Part shown: positions 25,744-34,213 of the stretch, piece by piece
Position numbering within the stretch: the stretch's first letter is position 1
Layout: each line of letters starts with the position of its first letter
Source of the DNA: Kofleriaceae bacterium
Lineage (GTDB): Bacteria > Myxococcota_A > Polyangia > Haliangiales > Haliangiaceae
Length of the DNA: 47,089 bases
NCBI GenBank assembly: GCA_035472155.1
Contig: DATIPJ010000260.1
Coordinates: 1 to 47,089, forward strand
Reading direction: 5' to 3'
Made by a program: the position numbers and the translations under genes
The notes under the pieces: generated by a model
Database searches by the model: none
The model's input: only the letters and a program-made list of their open reading frames with translations
What the model was told of the DNA's origin: nothing

Positions 25744-25928
25744 ATCGGCGGACCGCCACCGGCGCGGCGACGCTCCGTCGACGTCGTCTATCCGCAGATC
25801 GAATGGTGCGGTGAGCCACACGCTCCCGCAGCATCACGCGCGGCCGCAAGACCGATTCGCCGATCTTGATTGAAAAATCCTCTTCGACGGAGCCTCGTGC
25901 GAGGTCCCCTCGACGAACGACTGTGGCG

Positions 25929-27194
25929 CTAGCGGTGGCGGCTGCTGCCGCGCGCGAGGCGCGCGGAGCGGGCGACCAGGCGATCGACGAGCACGCCGGC
26001 GCGGCGCTCGGCGAGCGGGCAGCCCGTCTTGAGCGCGTGGCGGTATGCGACGAGCGCCATCCGGCGGCCGCGCTCCTGCTTGCCGAGGGAATCGTAGAGC
26101 GCGGCGAGCACGGTCTCGATCCGCCAGATCTCGGGCGAGCTCGGGATCTCGGACTCGATCGACGGCGCGAGCTGCACCAGCGCGGCCTCGAGCTCGCGCA
26201 CCGCGAACTCGGGGTCGTGGGTGTCGATCCATTGCTGCGCGCGGGCGAGCGCGGCGTCGATCGCGGCGTCGATCGGCGGCGGGAGCACCTCGGTGGCCTG
26301 GACCGCGAGCGCGCGCGGGCGCGGCCGCTCCATGGTCGGCTCGTCGAGCCAGAGGTCGGAGCCGGCGGCCAGCTCGAGCTCGTCGTCGTGGGAGGCGAAC
26401 GCCGCGGCGAGCGCGGTCGCGAGCTCGGGCACGCTCTGGAATCGCTCGGCGGGCGCCGGGGCGAGCGCGCGCAGGACGACGCGGTCGATGGCGCGCGAGA
26501 TGCCGCGGTGCGGGGCGCGCTGCGACGGCGGCTCGACCGCTTCCGAGAGCTGGCGGGTCAGGATCGTCGAGATGTGGCCCGAGAACGGCGTGGTGCCGGT
26601 CAGCATCTCGTAGATGATCGTGCCGGCGGCGTAGATGTCTGCGGTCACCGTGGGGGCGGCGCCGGCGATCAGCTCGGGGGCCATGTACGCCGGGGTGCCG
26701 GCGATGAGGCCATTGGGCGTGGAGCTGCGGTTGGCGGTGCGCGCGAGGCCGAAGTCGATGATGGTGACGATGTCGACGTCGTCGACGAGGACGTTGTGGC
26801 TCTTGAGGTCCGCGTGAACGATCTGGGCCTGGTGGATCGCACACAGCCCGGCGAGCAGCTGCTGCGCGATGACGACCAGGCGCTCGAGGGCCATGCCCTC
26901 GGAGCGCGCGACCAGCTGGTTGAGCGGCGTGCCGTGCGCATGATCCATCACCAGGAACGGCATGCCGTTGGCGTCCGTGCCGTCGTCCAGCGCGCGCACC
27001 ACGTTGGGATGCGACACCGTCCGGAGCAAGCGCGCCTCGTCGGCCAGGCGGTCGACGATCAGGCGATCGTTGCACAGCGTGTTGCGAACGCGCTTGACTG
27101 CGACGGCGCGCCCCGAGGTGTGCCGGGCGGCGTGGACTTGACCCATTCCACCTTGCCCGAGGAGCTCCCCGAGTTGGTAATGGTCATTCGGCAT
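25929..27194 (-). CDS. Hanks-type Ser/Thr protein kinase with C-terminal helical domain
   Basis: 421 aa. Motifs are the glycine loop LGQGGMGQV, VAVKRV, the catalytic loop HADLKSHN (Ala instead of Arg, so non-RD), DFGLAR and AYMAPE. About 150 aa of helical C-terminal sequence follows. Confidence 0.9.
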   Translation of the reverse strand: MPNDHYQLGELLGQGGMGQVHAARHTSGRAVAVKRVRNTLCNDRLIVDRLADEARLLRTVSHPNVVRALDDGTDANGMPFLVMDHAHGTPLNQLVARSEGMALERLVVIAQQLLAGLCAIHQAQIVHADLKSHNVLVDDVDIVTIIDFGLARTANRSSTPNGLIAGTPAYMAPELIAGAAPTVTADIYAAGTIIYEMLTGTTPFSGHISTILTRQLSEAVEPPSQRAPHRGISRAIDRVVLRALAPAPAERFQSVPELATALAAAFASHDDELELAAGSDLWLDEPTMERPRPRALAVQATEVLPPPIDAAIDAALARAQQWIDTHDPEFAVRELEAALVQLAPSIESEIPSSPEIWRIETVLAALYDSLGKQERGRRMALVAYRHALKTGCPLAERRAGVLVDRLVARSARLARGSSRHR

Positions 27195-27407
27195 GCTCGA
27201 CGAGCAAAGCAGCTGGCGTGCCGGACCTCTGTGAGGAGAAGCTCAGGGCGATCTCGAACGAATCCAAGGGGCCGGCTCCTGCGAGGCGCTCGCGCGGGAA
27301 TCGCCGACCCACGCAACTACCCAGGACCGAGTCAGTACCTACCCGCGGACTCCGTCATTCATGACACTCGCGACGCCGGACGACAAAATGACCGACGAAG
27401 ATCGCGT

Positions 27408-28079
27408 TCAAGCGAGCTGCAACCAGAGCGGAATTGTCCACCAGATCCCGACGATGATCGACAGCACACCGGCGGCGATCGCGATCGCGCGGCGCGTGCG
27501 GCCCGCGTGCGCGAGACCGTGCAGCGTGGCGCCGGCGACTCCCGAGGCGAGCGCCATGCCGCCGATCGAGCCCGCGCCGAACAGCGTGAGGTAGAGAATG
27601 CGCGCGGCCGTGCCCGGCAGGTTCGCGAACACGATCGCGGTGAGCGCGCCGCTGCCGGCGAGCCCGTGCACGAGGCCGACGACCAGCGGGCGCCAGGCGA
27701 GCGTGCGCGCGCCGACGTGCACGTGATCGGTCGGTGCGTGGTGGTGGCGGGCGGCGTGGTCGTGGCGCTGCGAGGCGCCGACCCGAACGGCGACCAGGAT
27801 CGCGCGGACGCCGAGCACGAGCAGCATGATCGCGACGCACAGCTCGAACGCGACGGCGGCGCGCTCGGGCAGGCTTGCGCCGATCGCCATCAGGACCACC
27901 GCGACCGCGACCAGCGCGATCGTGTGGCCCAGGCCCCACAGCGCGCCGAGCAGCGCACCGCCGCGCAGGCCGTGGCTCTCGCCGACCAGCGTCGAGACAG
28001 CGGTCAGGTGATCGGGCTCGAACGCATGGCGCAGTCCGAGGAGGACACCGAGCACGATGCCGAGCCCCGTGGTTGGCAC
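27408..28079 (-). CDS. NicO/NiCoT-like metal (Ni/Co) transporter-type membrane protein with His-rich loop
   Basis: Only the C-terminal 223 codons of track ORF 27408..28982 look real, so I start at GTG 28079. It has about six hydrophobic helices. The HX4DH signature RHAFEPDHLTAV sits in the first helix, and the central loop is RHDHAARHHHAPTDHVH. The upstream part of the track ORF is Ser/Arg-rich antisense of the next gene. Confidence 0.55.
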   Translation of the reverse strand: MPTTGLGIVLGVLLGLRHAFEPDHLTAVSTLVGESHGLRGGALLGALWGLGHTIALVAVAVVLMAIGASLPERAAVAFELCVAIMLLVLGVRAILVAVRVGASQRHDHAARHHHAPTDHVHVGARTLAWRPLVVGLVHGLAGSGALTAIVFANLPGTAARILYLTLFGAGSIGGMALASGVAGATLHGLAHAGRTRRAIAIAAGVLSIIVGIWWTIPLWLQLA

Positions 28080-28158
28080 CCCCGACAGATACCACGACCG
28101 AACCCGCGGAGCGGGGCCCGGGCGCGCCTGCGAGCAGGCGCTCGACGCGGCGCTGCTG

Positions 28159-29013
28159 GTGTATCCTCGCGGCAAGGTGCAACTCGAGGACAAGCTCGTC
28201 GAAGGGCTCGATTCGGCGCACGCCGAGCTACAGCAGCGCGAGGATCTGCTCGCGTACGGCGAGGAGGAGCTCCCGGCGCCGGTGGTGGAGGCGATGGAGG
28301 AGGCCTCGCTCAAGATCCGCGCCGACCTGCTCGGCGCAGTGCGGATGATCCTCGACGGCCAGGAGGTCCAGCTGTCCTCGCTCGACCTTCCGGAGCTGGA
28401 GATGGAGGGCCTGATCGCGCTCCAGGTCGCGGTGGAGGGCAAGAGCCACGACCTGTCGCAGTTCGTGTACGCGAGCGACCGCCGCGATCTGCTCGAGCGC
28501 GCGCTCGGCGTGCTGCAGCCCGAGTTCTCGCGGTCCGACGACGGGGCCGCCCGCGAGATGCGCGCCCAGCTCGACGACATGGTCACGCGCGTCGGCGAGC
28601 TGCGCGAGCGCCTGCTCGACCTCGAGGACGCCCAGGACGAGCTGATCGAGGCCCGCGCCAAGGACGGCATGGAGGCGGCGACCGACACGAGCGACAAGCC
28701 CAAGCCAAAGCCGAGCGACCCCGACGCGCCGCGCCCGGCGACGACACTGACCGGACCGGACCTGCCCGAGGCCAAGCCGCTGACGACGACCTTGACCGGG
28801 CCGGACCTGCCCGCGCCCAAGCCGCTGGCGACGACGTTGACCGGGCCGGACCTGCCCGAGGCCAAGTCGCCGGCGACGACCTTGACCGGGCCCGATCTGC
28901 CCGAGGCCGAGCGCCCGGCGAGCACGCTCGGCGCGCCCGAGCCCGAGCCAGAGGCCGAGGCTGGTGACGGGGCCCAGGCCAAGCGGTCCTGGTGGCGGAG
29001 GCCATTTGGCTGA
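28159..29013 (+). CDS. acidic coiled-coil protein with C-terminal Pro-rich 15-aa tandem repeats (unknown family)
   Basis: Frame of track ORF 28057..29013. ATG 28057 would overlap the divergent transporter gene, so I use GTG 28159, with GTG 28177 as an alternative. The product is rich in Glu/Asp/Leu and poor in Arg, unlike the junk frames. It carries 4 x TTLTGPDLPEAKP-type repeats. The start is uncertain. Confidence 0.6.
   Translation: MYPRGKVQLEDKLVEGLDSAHAELQQREDLLAYGEEELPAPVVEAMEEASLKIRADLLGAVRMILDGQEVQLSSLDLPELEMEGLIALQVAVEGKSHDLSQFVYASDRRDLLERALGVLQPEFSRSDDGAAREMRAQLDDMVTRVGELRERLLDLEDAQDELIEARAKDGMEAATDTSDKPKPKPSDPDAPRPATTLTGPDLPEAKPLTTTLTGPDLPAPKPLATTLTGPDLPEAKSPATTLTGPDLPEAERPASTLGAPEPEPEAEAGDGAQAKRSWWRRPFG
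28741..28920 (+). repeat. 4 x 45-bp imperfect tandem repeat (coding)
   Basis: The units encode TTLTGPDLPEAKPLT, TTLTGPDLPAPKPLA, TTLTGPDLPEAKSPA and TTLTGPDLPEAERPA. A degenerate fifth unit (STLGAPEPEPE) follows, to about 28950. Confidence 0.9.
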
Positions 29014-31060
29014 CGCCCTCGCCGCGGCGATCGCGACGGTGCGGCTGCACGCCGAGGCCGCGCTGCTGCGGCGACTCAACGCCGGGGCGGGCTTCGCCGA
29101 TCCTCGCCTGGCGTCGCAGATCTATCTGCGCGACGGCACGGCGCTCGCCCGGATCGCGGGCGGCACGCTGCGCCCGCACGGCACCCACCGCAAGGCCGCG
29201 GACGAGCTGGCGGCCGCGATCGCCAGCGCCGGCGATGCCCCCTCGGGCCGGCTGGCAGTCCTCACCGAGCGGCTCGGCATCGACCCGTTCGGCGGCGGCG
29301 TGCTGCTGGTCGCCGTCGCGTACGCGCTCGATCTCGACACCCGCGAGCTGTGCCACGCGCTCGCGCCGCGCCGCGCGCCCAACCTCTACGTCGAGACCTG
29401 CGCCGATGTCCTCGAGGCGGAAGCCCCGGGCCTGGTGCGCGCGATCGCCCCGGGCGGCGCCCTCCGCCGCGGTCGCGCGCTCACCGTCGAGGGCGACGGC
29501 CTCTCCGCCTCGCTCGAGGTGCCCGCGCCAGCGCTCGCGTGGCTCCTGGGCGACGATGCGCTCCAGCCGCCGCTCGCCGCCCTGCTCGAGCTCGTCGCCG
29601 CCGACGCCAGCCTCGGCGTGGTGCTGCCGCCCACGGCGATGTCGGCCCTCGATGCGCTCGTGCCCCGCATCGGCGGCGCGGCTCCGATCGCGGTCGTCGT
29701 CCGCGGCCCGCGCGGCTCGGGGCGGCGCGCCGCGGCGCATCACCTCGCGCGCGCCCTCGGGCGCCCGCTGGTCGTCATCCCGATCCCCGCGCTGCTCGCG
29801 CTCGAGGCGCGCACGCGCACGCCGCTGCTCGGCCAGGCGCTCGCGGCGGCTCGCCTGCGCGGCGCGGTGCCCTTCCTCGGCGACGCCGATGCGCTCTACG
29901 ACGAGCGCGGCGACCTCGCACCCGAGCACACCGACGCGATCGCCCACATGCCCGGCGTCGTGGTCGCGTCGTCGTCGGGCCGCGGCGGCCACCTCGAGCT
30001 GCGCCGGCCCCAGCTCGGCGTCGCGCTGCCGCGCACCGAGCTCGCCGACCGCGAGCACGCGTGGCGCTCCGCCCTCGCGCCTCACGCGATGGCCGGCGAC
30101 GCCGCCGAGCTCGCCGCGCGCTACGTGATCGGCCCCGGCGCGATCACCGACGTCGTCGTCGAGGCCGCCCGCTACGCGATCGCGGCCGCCGCGCCGGTCG
30201 ACCGCGACGCGATCGAGGCTTCCGTCGGCCGCCGGCTCTCGCTGCGCCTGGGCACCTACGGCACCGTCGTCCATCGCAAGGCGCGGTTCTCCGAGCTCGT
30301 CCTCCCCGACGACGTCATCGACACGCTCCGCGACATGATCGCCATGGTCCGCGAGCGCGCGCAGATCCTCGAGCGCTGGGGCTACCAGCGCCACCTCGGC
30401 ATCTCGCGCGGCGTCGCCGGCCTCTACTCCGGCGAGCCCGGCACCGGCAAGACCATGGCAGCCAGCGTCGTCGCCTCCGAGCTCGGCCTCGAGCTGGTGC
30501 GCATCGACCTCAGCGCGGTGGTCTCGAAGTACGTCGGCGAGACCGAGAAGAACCTCGGCAAGATCTTCGACGAGGCGCAGGACGCCCACGCGATGCTCTT
30601 GTTCGACGAGGCCGATTCGCTGTTCGGCAAGCGCACCGAGCTCAAGACCGCCCAGGACCGGTTCGCGAACCTCGAGGTCAACTACATCCTGCAGCGCATG
30701 GAGAGCTTCGACGGTGTTTCCGTCCTCACCACGAACGCCGAGAGCTCGATCGACCCCGCGCTGCAGCGCCGCCTCAACTTTCGCATCCGCTTCCCCGAGC
30801 CCGAGGTGGACGAGCGCGAGCAGCTGTGGCGCCAGCTCCTGCCGCCGCAGGCCGGCCTGCACGACGGCGTCGACTTCCACTCACTGGCCGAACGCTTTGA
30901 TATGACGGGCGGTTACATCAAGAACGCCGTGGTTCGCGCGGCCGTGATCGCCGCCCGGGCAGGCCGCGGCCTGACCGCCGAAGACCTCTGGACCGGTGCC
31001 CACCACGAGTACGTCGAGATGGGCAAGGTGATGCCGCAGCTGCCGCGGGGGACCCTATGA
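28964..31060 (+). CDS. tandem AAA+ ATPase (degenerate N-terminal P-loop module plus canonical SpoVK/CDC48-like C-terminal AAA module)
   Basis: 698-aa track ORF with a GTG start at 28964. An alternative is TTG 29006, preceded by GGAGG 28997-29001. D1-like: VVVRGPRGSGRRAAAHHLA. D2: GEPGTGKTMAA (Walker A), VSKYVGETEKNLGKIFDEAQ, MLLFDEADSLFGKR (Walker B), NYILQRMESFDG, VLTTN and ALQRRLNFRIRFPEP. Confidence 0.85.
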   Translation: MTGPRPSGPGGGGHLADALAAAIATVRLHAEAALLRRLNAGAGFADPRLASQIYLRDGTALARIAGGTLRPHGTHRKAADELAAAIASAGDAPSGRLAVLTERLGIDPFGGGVLLVAVAYALDLDTRELCHALAPRRAPNLYVETCADVLEAEAPGLVRAIAPGGALRRGRALTVEGDGLSASLEVPAPALAWLLGDDALQPPLAALLELVAADASLGVVLPPTAMSALDALVPRIGGAAPIAVVVRGPRGSGRRAAAHHLARALGRPLVVIPIPALLALEARTRTPLLGQALAAARLRGAVPFLGDADALYDERGDLAPEHTDAIAHMPGVVVASSSGRGGHLELRRPQLGVALPRTELADREHAWRSALAPHAMAGDAAELAARYVIGPGAITDVVVEAARYAIAAAAPVDRDAIEASVGRRLSLRLGTYGTVVHRKARFSELVLPDDVIDTLRDMIAMVRERAQILERWGYQRHLGISRGVAGLYSGEPGTGKTMAASVVASELGLELVRIDLSAVVSKYVGETEKNLGKIFDEAQDAHAMLLFDEADSLFGKRTELKTAQDRFANLEVNYILQRMESFDGVSVLTTNAESSIDPALQRRLNFRIRFPEPEVDEREQLWRQLLPPQAGLHDGVDFHSLAERFDMTGGYIKNAVVRAAVIAARAGRGLTAEDLWTGAHHEYVEMGKVMPQLPRGTL

Positions 31061-31926
31061 GCGGACCGAGCGGAGCCCGGGGCGACACGCCGGAGGCGCG
31101 GTCGGCCCGGAACAGCGACGCGAGGGACGGTCGGAATGAAATGAGCGAGAGTCGTGCGCCCGACGAGCCCGACGAGCCCGACGAGGCCGCCCCTCCACCT
31201 GCGAGCGCGGCCGCCGTCGAGCCCGCGGGCACCGAGATCACCGACGAGGTGAGCGGCGAGTCGGTGTTCGAGCGCGTCGACCACGAGGGGGCTGTGGCCC
31301 CCGATGTCCTCGCGGGTCTGGCGGCGCGCGCCGCGGAGGACGACGACATTGCACCCATGACGCGGCAGCCGCCACGCGCGCTGGGCGTAGCGCTCGCCCT
31401 CGCGTCGGCGGCGCTGCTCGTGGCTGCGTGCTTCTCGCACCGCTGGCTCGCCAACAAGCACCTCGGCGACTTCGGTTATTCGCCGCTCGCGTTCCAGCAA
31501 TGCGGCGCACGCTGCGAGTCGATCTCCAACTTCCAAATATATGAGATTGCTTCTGATTCTCCGTTCGAAGAGAACCGGGTTTCGGCCGCATTTCCCGCCT
31601 CGGGCCTGCTCACATTCATCGTGCTGCTGGTCGCGGCGGCGGGGCTTCTGCTCTCCGCCGGGATCTCTGCCGCGCATGGACGCCCGAATCTTCCGATCTC
31701 ACCGACGACGTTTGCCCTGCTTGGCATTATGATCGGTCTCATCAGCGGGTGCGTATTCGTTGCCACCAAGCCCGGCGGTGTAGGCGCCGTCGGGGTCGCC
31801 TGGAGCTTCTGGGCGTTCGGGATCGGCTCGGTCGCCGGGATCGCCGGGGCGCAACTCCTCGCCAAACAGATTCGACCTGCCGATCCGGATCTCCTGCAAG
31901 ACGCAATGAACCCCGACCGGTTCTGA
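31057..31926 (+). CDS. membrane protein with acidic disordered N-terminus and four predicted TM helices (unknown family)
   Basis: 289 aa. Its ATG overlaps the ATPase stop (ATGA 31057-31060). The N-terminus is DEPDEPDEAAPPP...EDDD. Hydrophobic helices include LGVALALASAALLVAAC, LLTFIVLLVAAAGLLLSAGI, FALLGIMIGLISGCVFVA and WSFWAFGIGSVAGIAGAQLL. Confidence 0.7.
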   Translation: MSGPSGARGDTPEARSARNSDARDGRNEMSESRAPDEPDEPDEAAPPPASAAAVEPAGTEITDEVSGESVFERVDHEGAVAPDVLAGLAARAAEDDDIAPMTRQPPRALGVALALASAALLVAACFSHRWLANKHLGDFGYSPLAFQQCGARCESISNFQIYEIASDSPFEENRVSAAFPASGLLTFIVLLVAAAGLLLSAGISAAHGRPNLPISPTTFALLGIMIGLISGCVFVATKPGGVGAVGVAWSFWAFGIGSVAGIAGAQLLAKQIRPADPDLLQDAMNPDRF

Positions 31927-31948
31927 TCTAGCGTAGTCCTATCGTCAC

Positions 31949-32767
31949 ATGTCGCTCCGCGGAAAGACGCTGTTCATCACCGGTGCGAGCCGTGGCATCG
32001 GCCTCGCGATCGGGCTGCGCGCCGCGCGCGATGGTGCGAACGTGGCGATCGCAGCAAAGACCGCGGAGCCCAATCCCAAGCTTCCAGGCACCGTGTTCAC
32101 CGCCGCGGACGAGATCGACAAGGCCGGCGGCAAGGGCCTGGGCATCGTTTGCGATATCCGGTTCGAGGATCAGGTGGCGGCGGCCGTGAAGAAGGCAGTC
32201 GAAAAGTTCGGGGGCATCGACATTCTGGTCAATAATGCGAGCGCGATCAGTCTGACTCGCACCGAGGACACGCCGATGAAGCGGTACGATCTGATGCACC
32301 AGATCAACACGCGCGGCACGTTCGTGTGCTCGCAGGCGTGCCTCCCGTTTCTCAAGAAGGCGAGCAATCCGCACATCCTCAACATCTCCCCGCCGCTCAA
32401 CATGGAGGAGCGGTGGTTTGCGCCCCACGTCGCCTATACGATGGCGAAGTTCGGCATGAGCATGTGCGTGCTCGGAATGGCAGGCGAGCTCCGTGGCGAC
32501 GGCATCGCGGTCAACGCGCTGTGGCCGCGCACGGCGATCGCCACCGCCGCGGTCCAGAATCTCCTCGGCGGCGACACCGCGATCCGCGGCTCGCGCAAGC
32601 CGGCGATCATGGGCGACGCCGCGCACGCGATCCTGACCAAGCCATCGCGGGAATTCACCGGAAAGTTCTGCATCGATGACGAAGTGCTGCTGGCCGAGGG
32701 CAAGACTGATCTCGGCGAGTACGCAATGGATCCGACCGCTTCTCTGCTGCCTGATTACTTCATCTAG
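31949..32767 (+). CDS. short-chain dehydrogenase/reductase (classical SDR, HSDL2-like)
   Basis: 272 aa with TGASRGIG cofactor motif, NNAS, and the YTMAK catalytic Tyr-x3-Lys. Confidence 0.9.
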   Translation: MSLRGKTLFITGASRGIGLAIGLRAARDGANVAIAAKTAEPNPKLPGTVFTAADEIDKAGGKGLGIVCDIRFEDQVAAAVKKAVEKFGGIDILVNNASAISLTRTEDTPMKRYDLMHQINTRGTFVCSQACLPFLKKASNPHILNISPPLNMEERWFAPHVAYTMAKFGMSMCVLGMAGELRGDGIAVNALWPRTAIATAAVQNLLGGDTAIRGSRKPAIMGDAAHAILTKPSREFTGKFCIDDEVLLAEGKTDLGEYAMDPTASLLPDYFI

Positions 32768-32776
32768 GGAGGCCAC

Positions 32777-33154
32777 ATGGCCAAGGCCAAGACACTGAAG
32801 TCGAAAGCAAAGACGAAGGCGAAGGCGAAGGCCGCGCCGAAGAAGTCGGCGAAAAAGCCCGCCGCGAAGGCCAAGGCCAAGGCTCCGGCCAAGGCCAAGG
32901 CCAAGGCCAAGGCTCCGGCCAAGGCGGCACCGAAAGCAGCACCGAAGAAGAAGGCTGCTCCCAGGCCGAAGGCCGCAGCGCCCAAGCCGGCACCGCCCGC
33001 CGCCCCCGAGGTCGAGGACATCGAGGACGTCAACGGCGCGCCCGAGGGTGAGCGCTGGGGCGAGCCCGTTCCGCCTGCGACGCCGGTGACCGAGCCGGTG
33101 GAGAGCGACGGCGGCGGCGGCGACGGCGAGTACGAAGACGACGAGATGTCGTGA
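32777..33154 (+). CDS. histone H1-like Lys/Ala/Pro-rich basic protein with acidic C-terminal tail
   Basis: 125 aa with GGAGG 5 nt upstream, right after the SDR stop. The N-terminal approx 85 aa consist of AKAKA/PAKA/KKxA repeats. The C-terminal 40 aa are acidic (EVEDIEDV...GGGGDGEYEDDEMS). Confidence 0.7.
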   Translation: MAKAKTLKSKAKTKAKAKAAPKKSAKKPAAKAKAKAPAKAKAKAKAPAKAAPKAAPKKKAAPRPKAAAPKPAPPAAPEVEDIEDVNGAPEGERWGEPVPPATPVTEPVESDGGGGDGEYEDDEMS

Positions 33155-33256
33155 CGGCGGCGCGCGCCGCGCTCCTCATGTCAGGGTGACCGTCTCGAAG
33201 CCGCAGGGCTTCACGGGCGTCGTCGTCTACCGCGCGACCGCGCCGGCCTGGCCAGG

Positions 33257-34021
33257 CTAAGGCGCGATCACGGGCGACAGGCTCGCGCGGCGCATCTTGC
33301 GCTCGGGCCGGATGTACATCCACAGCCCGGCGAGCAGCACGGTCGCCGAGAACGCAGCGCACACGACGCCCCAGAACCAGTAGGGGCCGCCGATCGCGTT
33401 CGCCATCGCCTGCGTGTCCGACGGGCCCTGGTGGCCATTCTGGATCTGCACGTACTGCGTGAACAGATAGCCGCCGCCGGTGTACACGCTCAGCGCGAGC
33501 TGCACGCCGAGGAACACCAGCACGGTCTGCGCGAGCGCCGGGCGACCCTGGAGCGCGACGAGCAGCGCGAGTGCGGCGACAGTGGCGCCGAAGCCCCAGC
33601 CAAACGGCGTGCGCGTCCACAAGAACAGCGAGAGCGCCATGAACGCGCCGAAGCCGAGCAGCGCCAGGCGCGCCCAGCGCACGTTGCGACCCATCGCGAG
33701 GAACACGCCGCCGACGACCGCAGGCCCGCACAGGCCGCCTGCGCACACGAAGGCCGCGGCGAGATCACCGCGCGTCGCGGTGTAAGCGACCCCCGAGTAC
33801 GTGTACATCTCGAAGCGATCGAACACGCCGCCCGCGAGCAGCGCGGCGATGCCGTGGCCGAACTCGTGGACGTAGATATGCAGCCAGCGGAACGGCGCGA
33901 GCACCCACCAGGTGTGCTCGGGGCTCGGAATCAGGAACATCGCGAGCGTCACGCAGACGCTGCCGAGCAGCACGATCGCGGCCTGTCGGCGCGGCGACGT
34001 GGGCACTCGAGGTTTTTCCAT
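33257..34021 (-). CDS. M50-like (Peptidase_M50B) integral membrane metallopeptidase
   Basis: Frame of track ORF 33257..34114, started at ATG 34021. It is polytopic and carries the HEFGH zinc motif in a TM helix (WLHIYVHEFGHGIAALLAGG). Confidence 0.7.
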   Translation of the reverse strand: MEKPRVPTSPRRQAAIVLLGSVCVTLAMFLIPSPEHTWWVLAPFRWLHIYVHEFGHGIAALLAGGVFDRFEMYTYSGVAYTATRGDLAAAFVCAGGLCGPAVVGGVFLAMGRNVRWARLALLGFGAFMALSLFLWTRTPFGWGFGATVAALALLVALQGRPALAQTVLVFLGVQLALSVYTGGGYLFTQYVQIQNGHQGPSDTQAMANAIGGPYWFWGVVCAAFSATVLLAGLWMYIRPERKMRRASLSPVIAP

Positions 34022-34213
34022 GACGCAAATGTAAACCCTCGATGCAGGCCCTGCCATTCCACCTGGCCGTGCGGCCGGTGCGACGAGGCGCGTGCGGTCA
34101 AGCGCGTTGGCCACTGCCGCGGATCGTCACGCGAAACCGACGAGCCTGCGACAACCTGCCTGATCAGGTAATACGGCGGGCGATCCGGTGCAACGCCGGC
34201 CGATCGGGGCGCA

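Noticed and set aside
28080-28982. N-terminal 301 codons of the 524-aa minus-strand ORF 27408-28982
   Set aside because: This part is Ser/Arg/Ala-rich and antisense to the acidic-protein gene. Only the C-terminal 223 codons, from GTG 28079, look like a membrane transporter.
25866-30880. 1033-aa plus-strand ORF (25866-28967) and 765-aa minus-strand ORF (28583-30880)
   Set aside because: Both are off-frame or antisense to genes with clear motifs (the Ser/Thr kinase, the HX4DH transporter and the AAA+ ATPase). Both have junk Arg/Gly/Asp/Ala composition.
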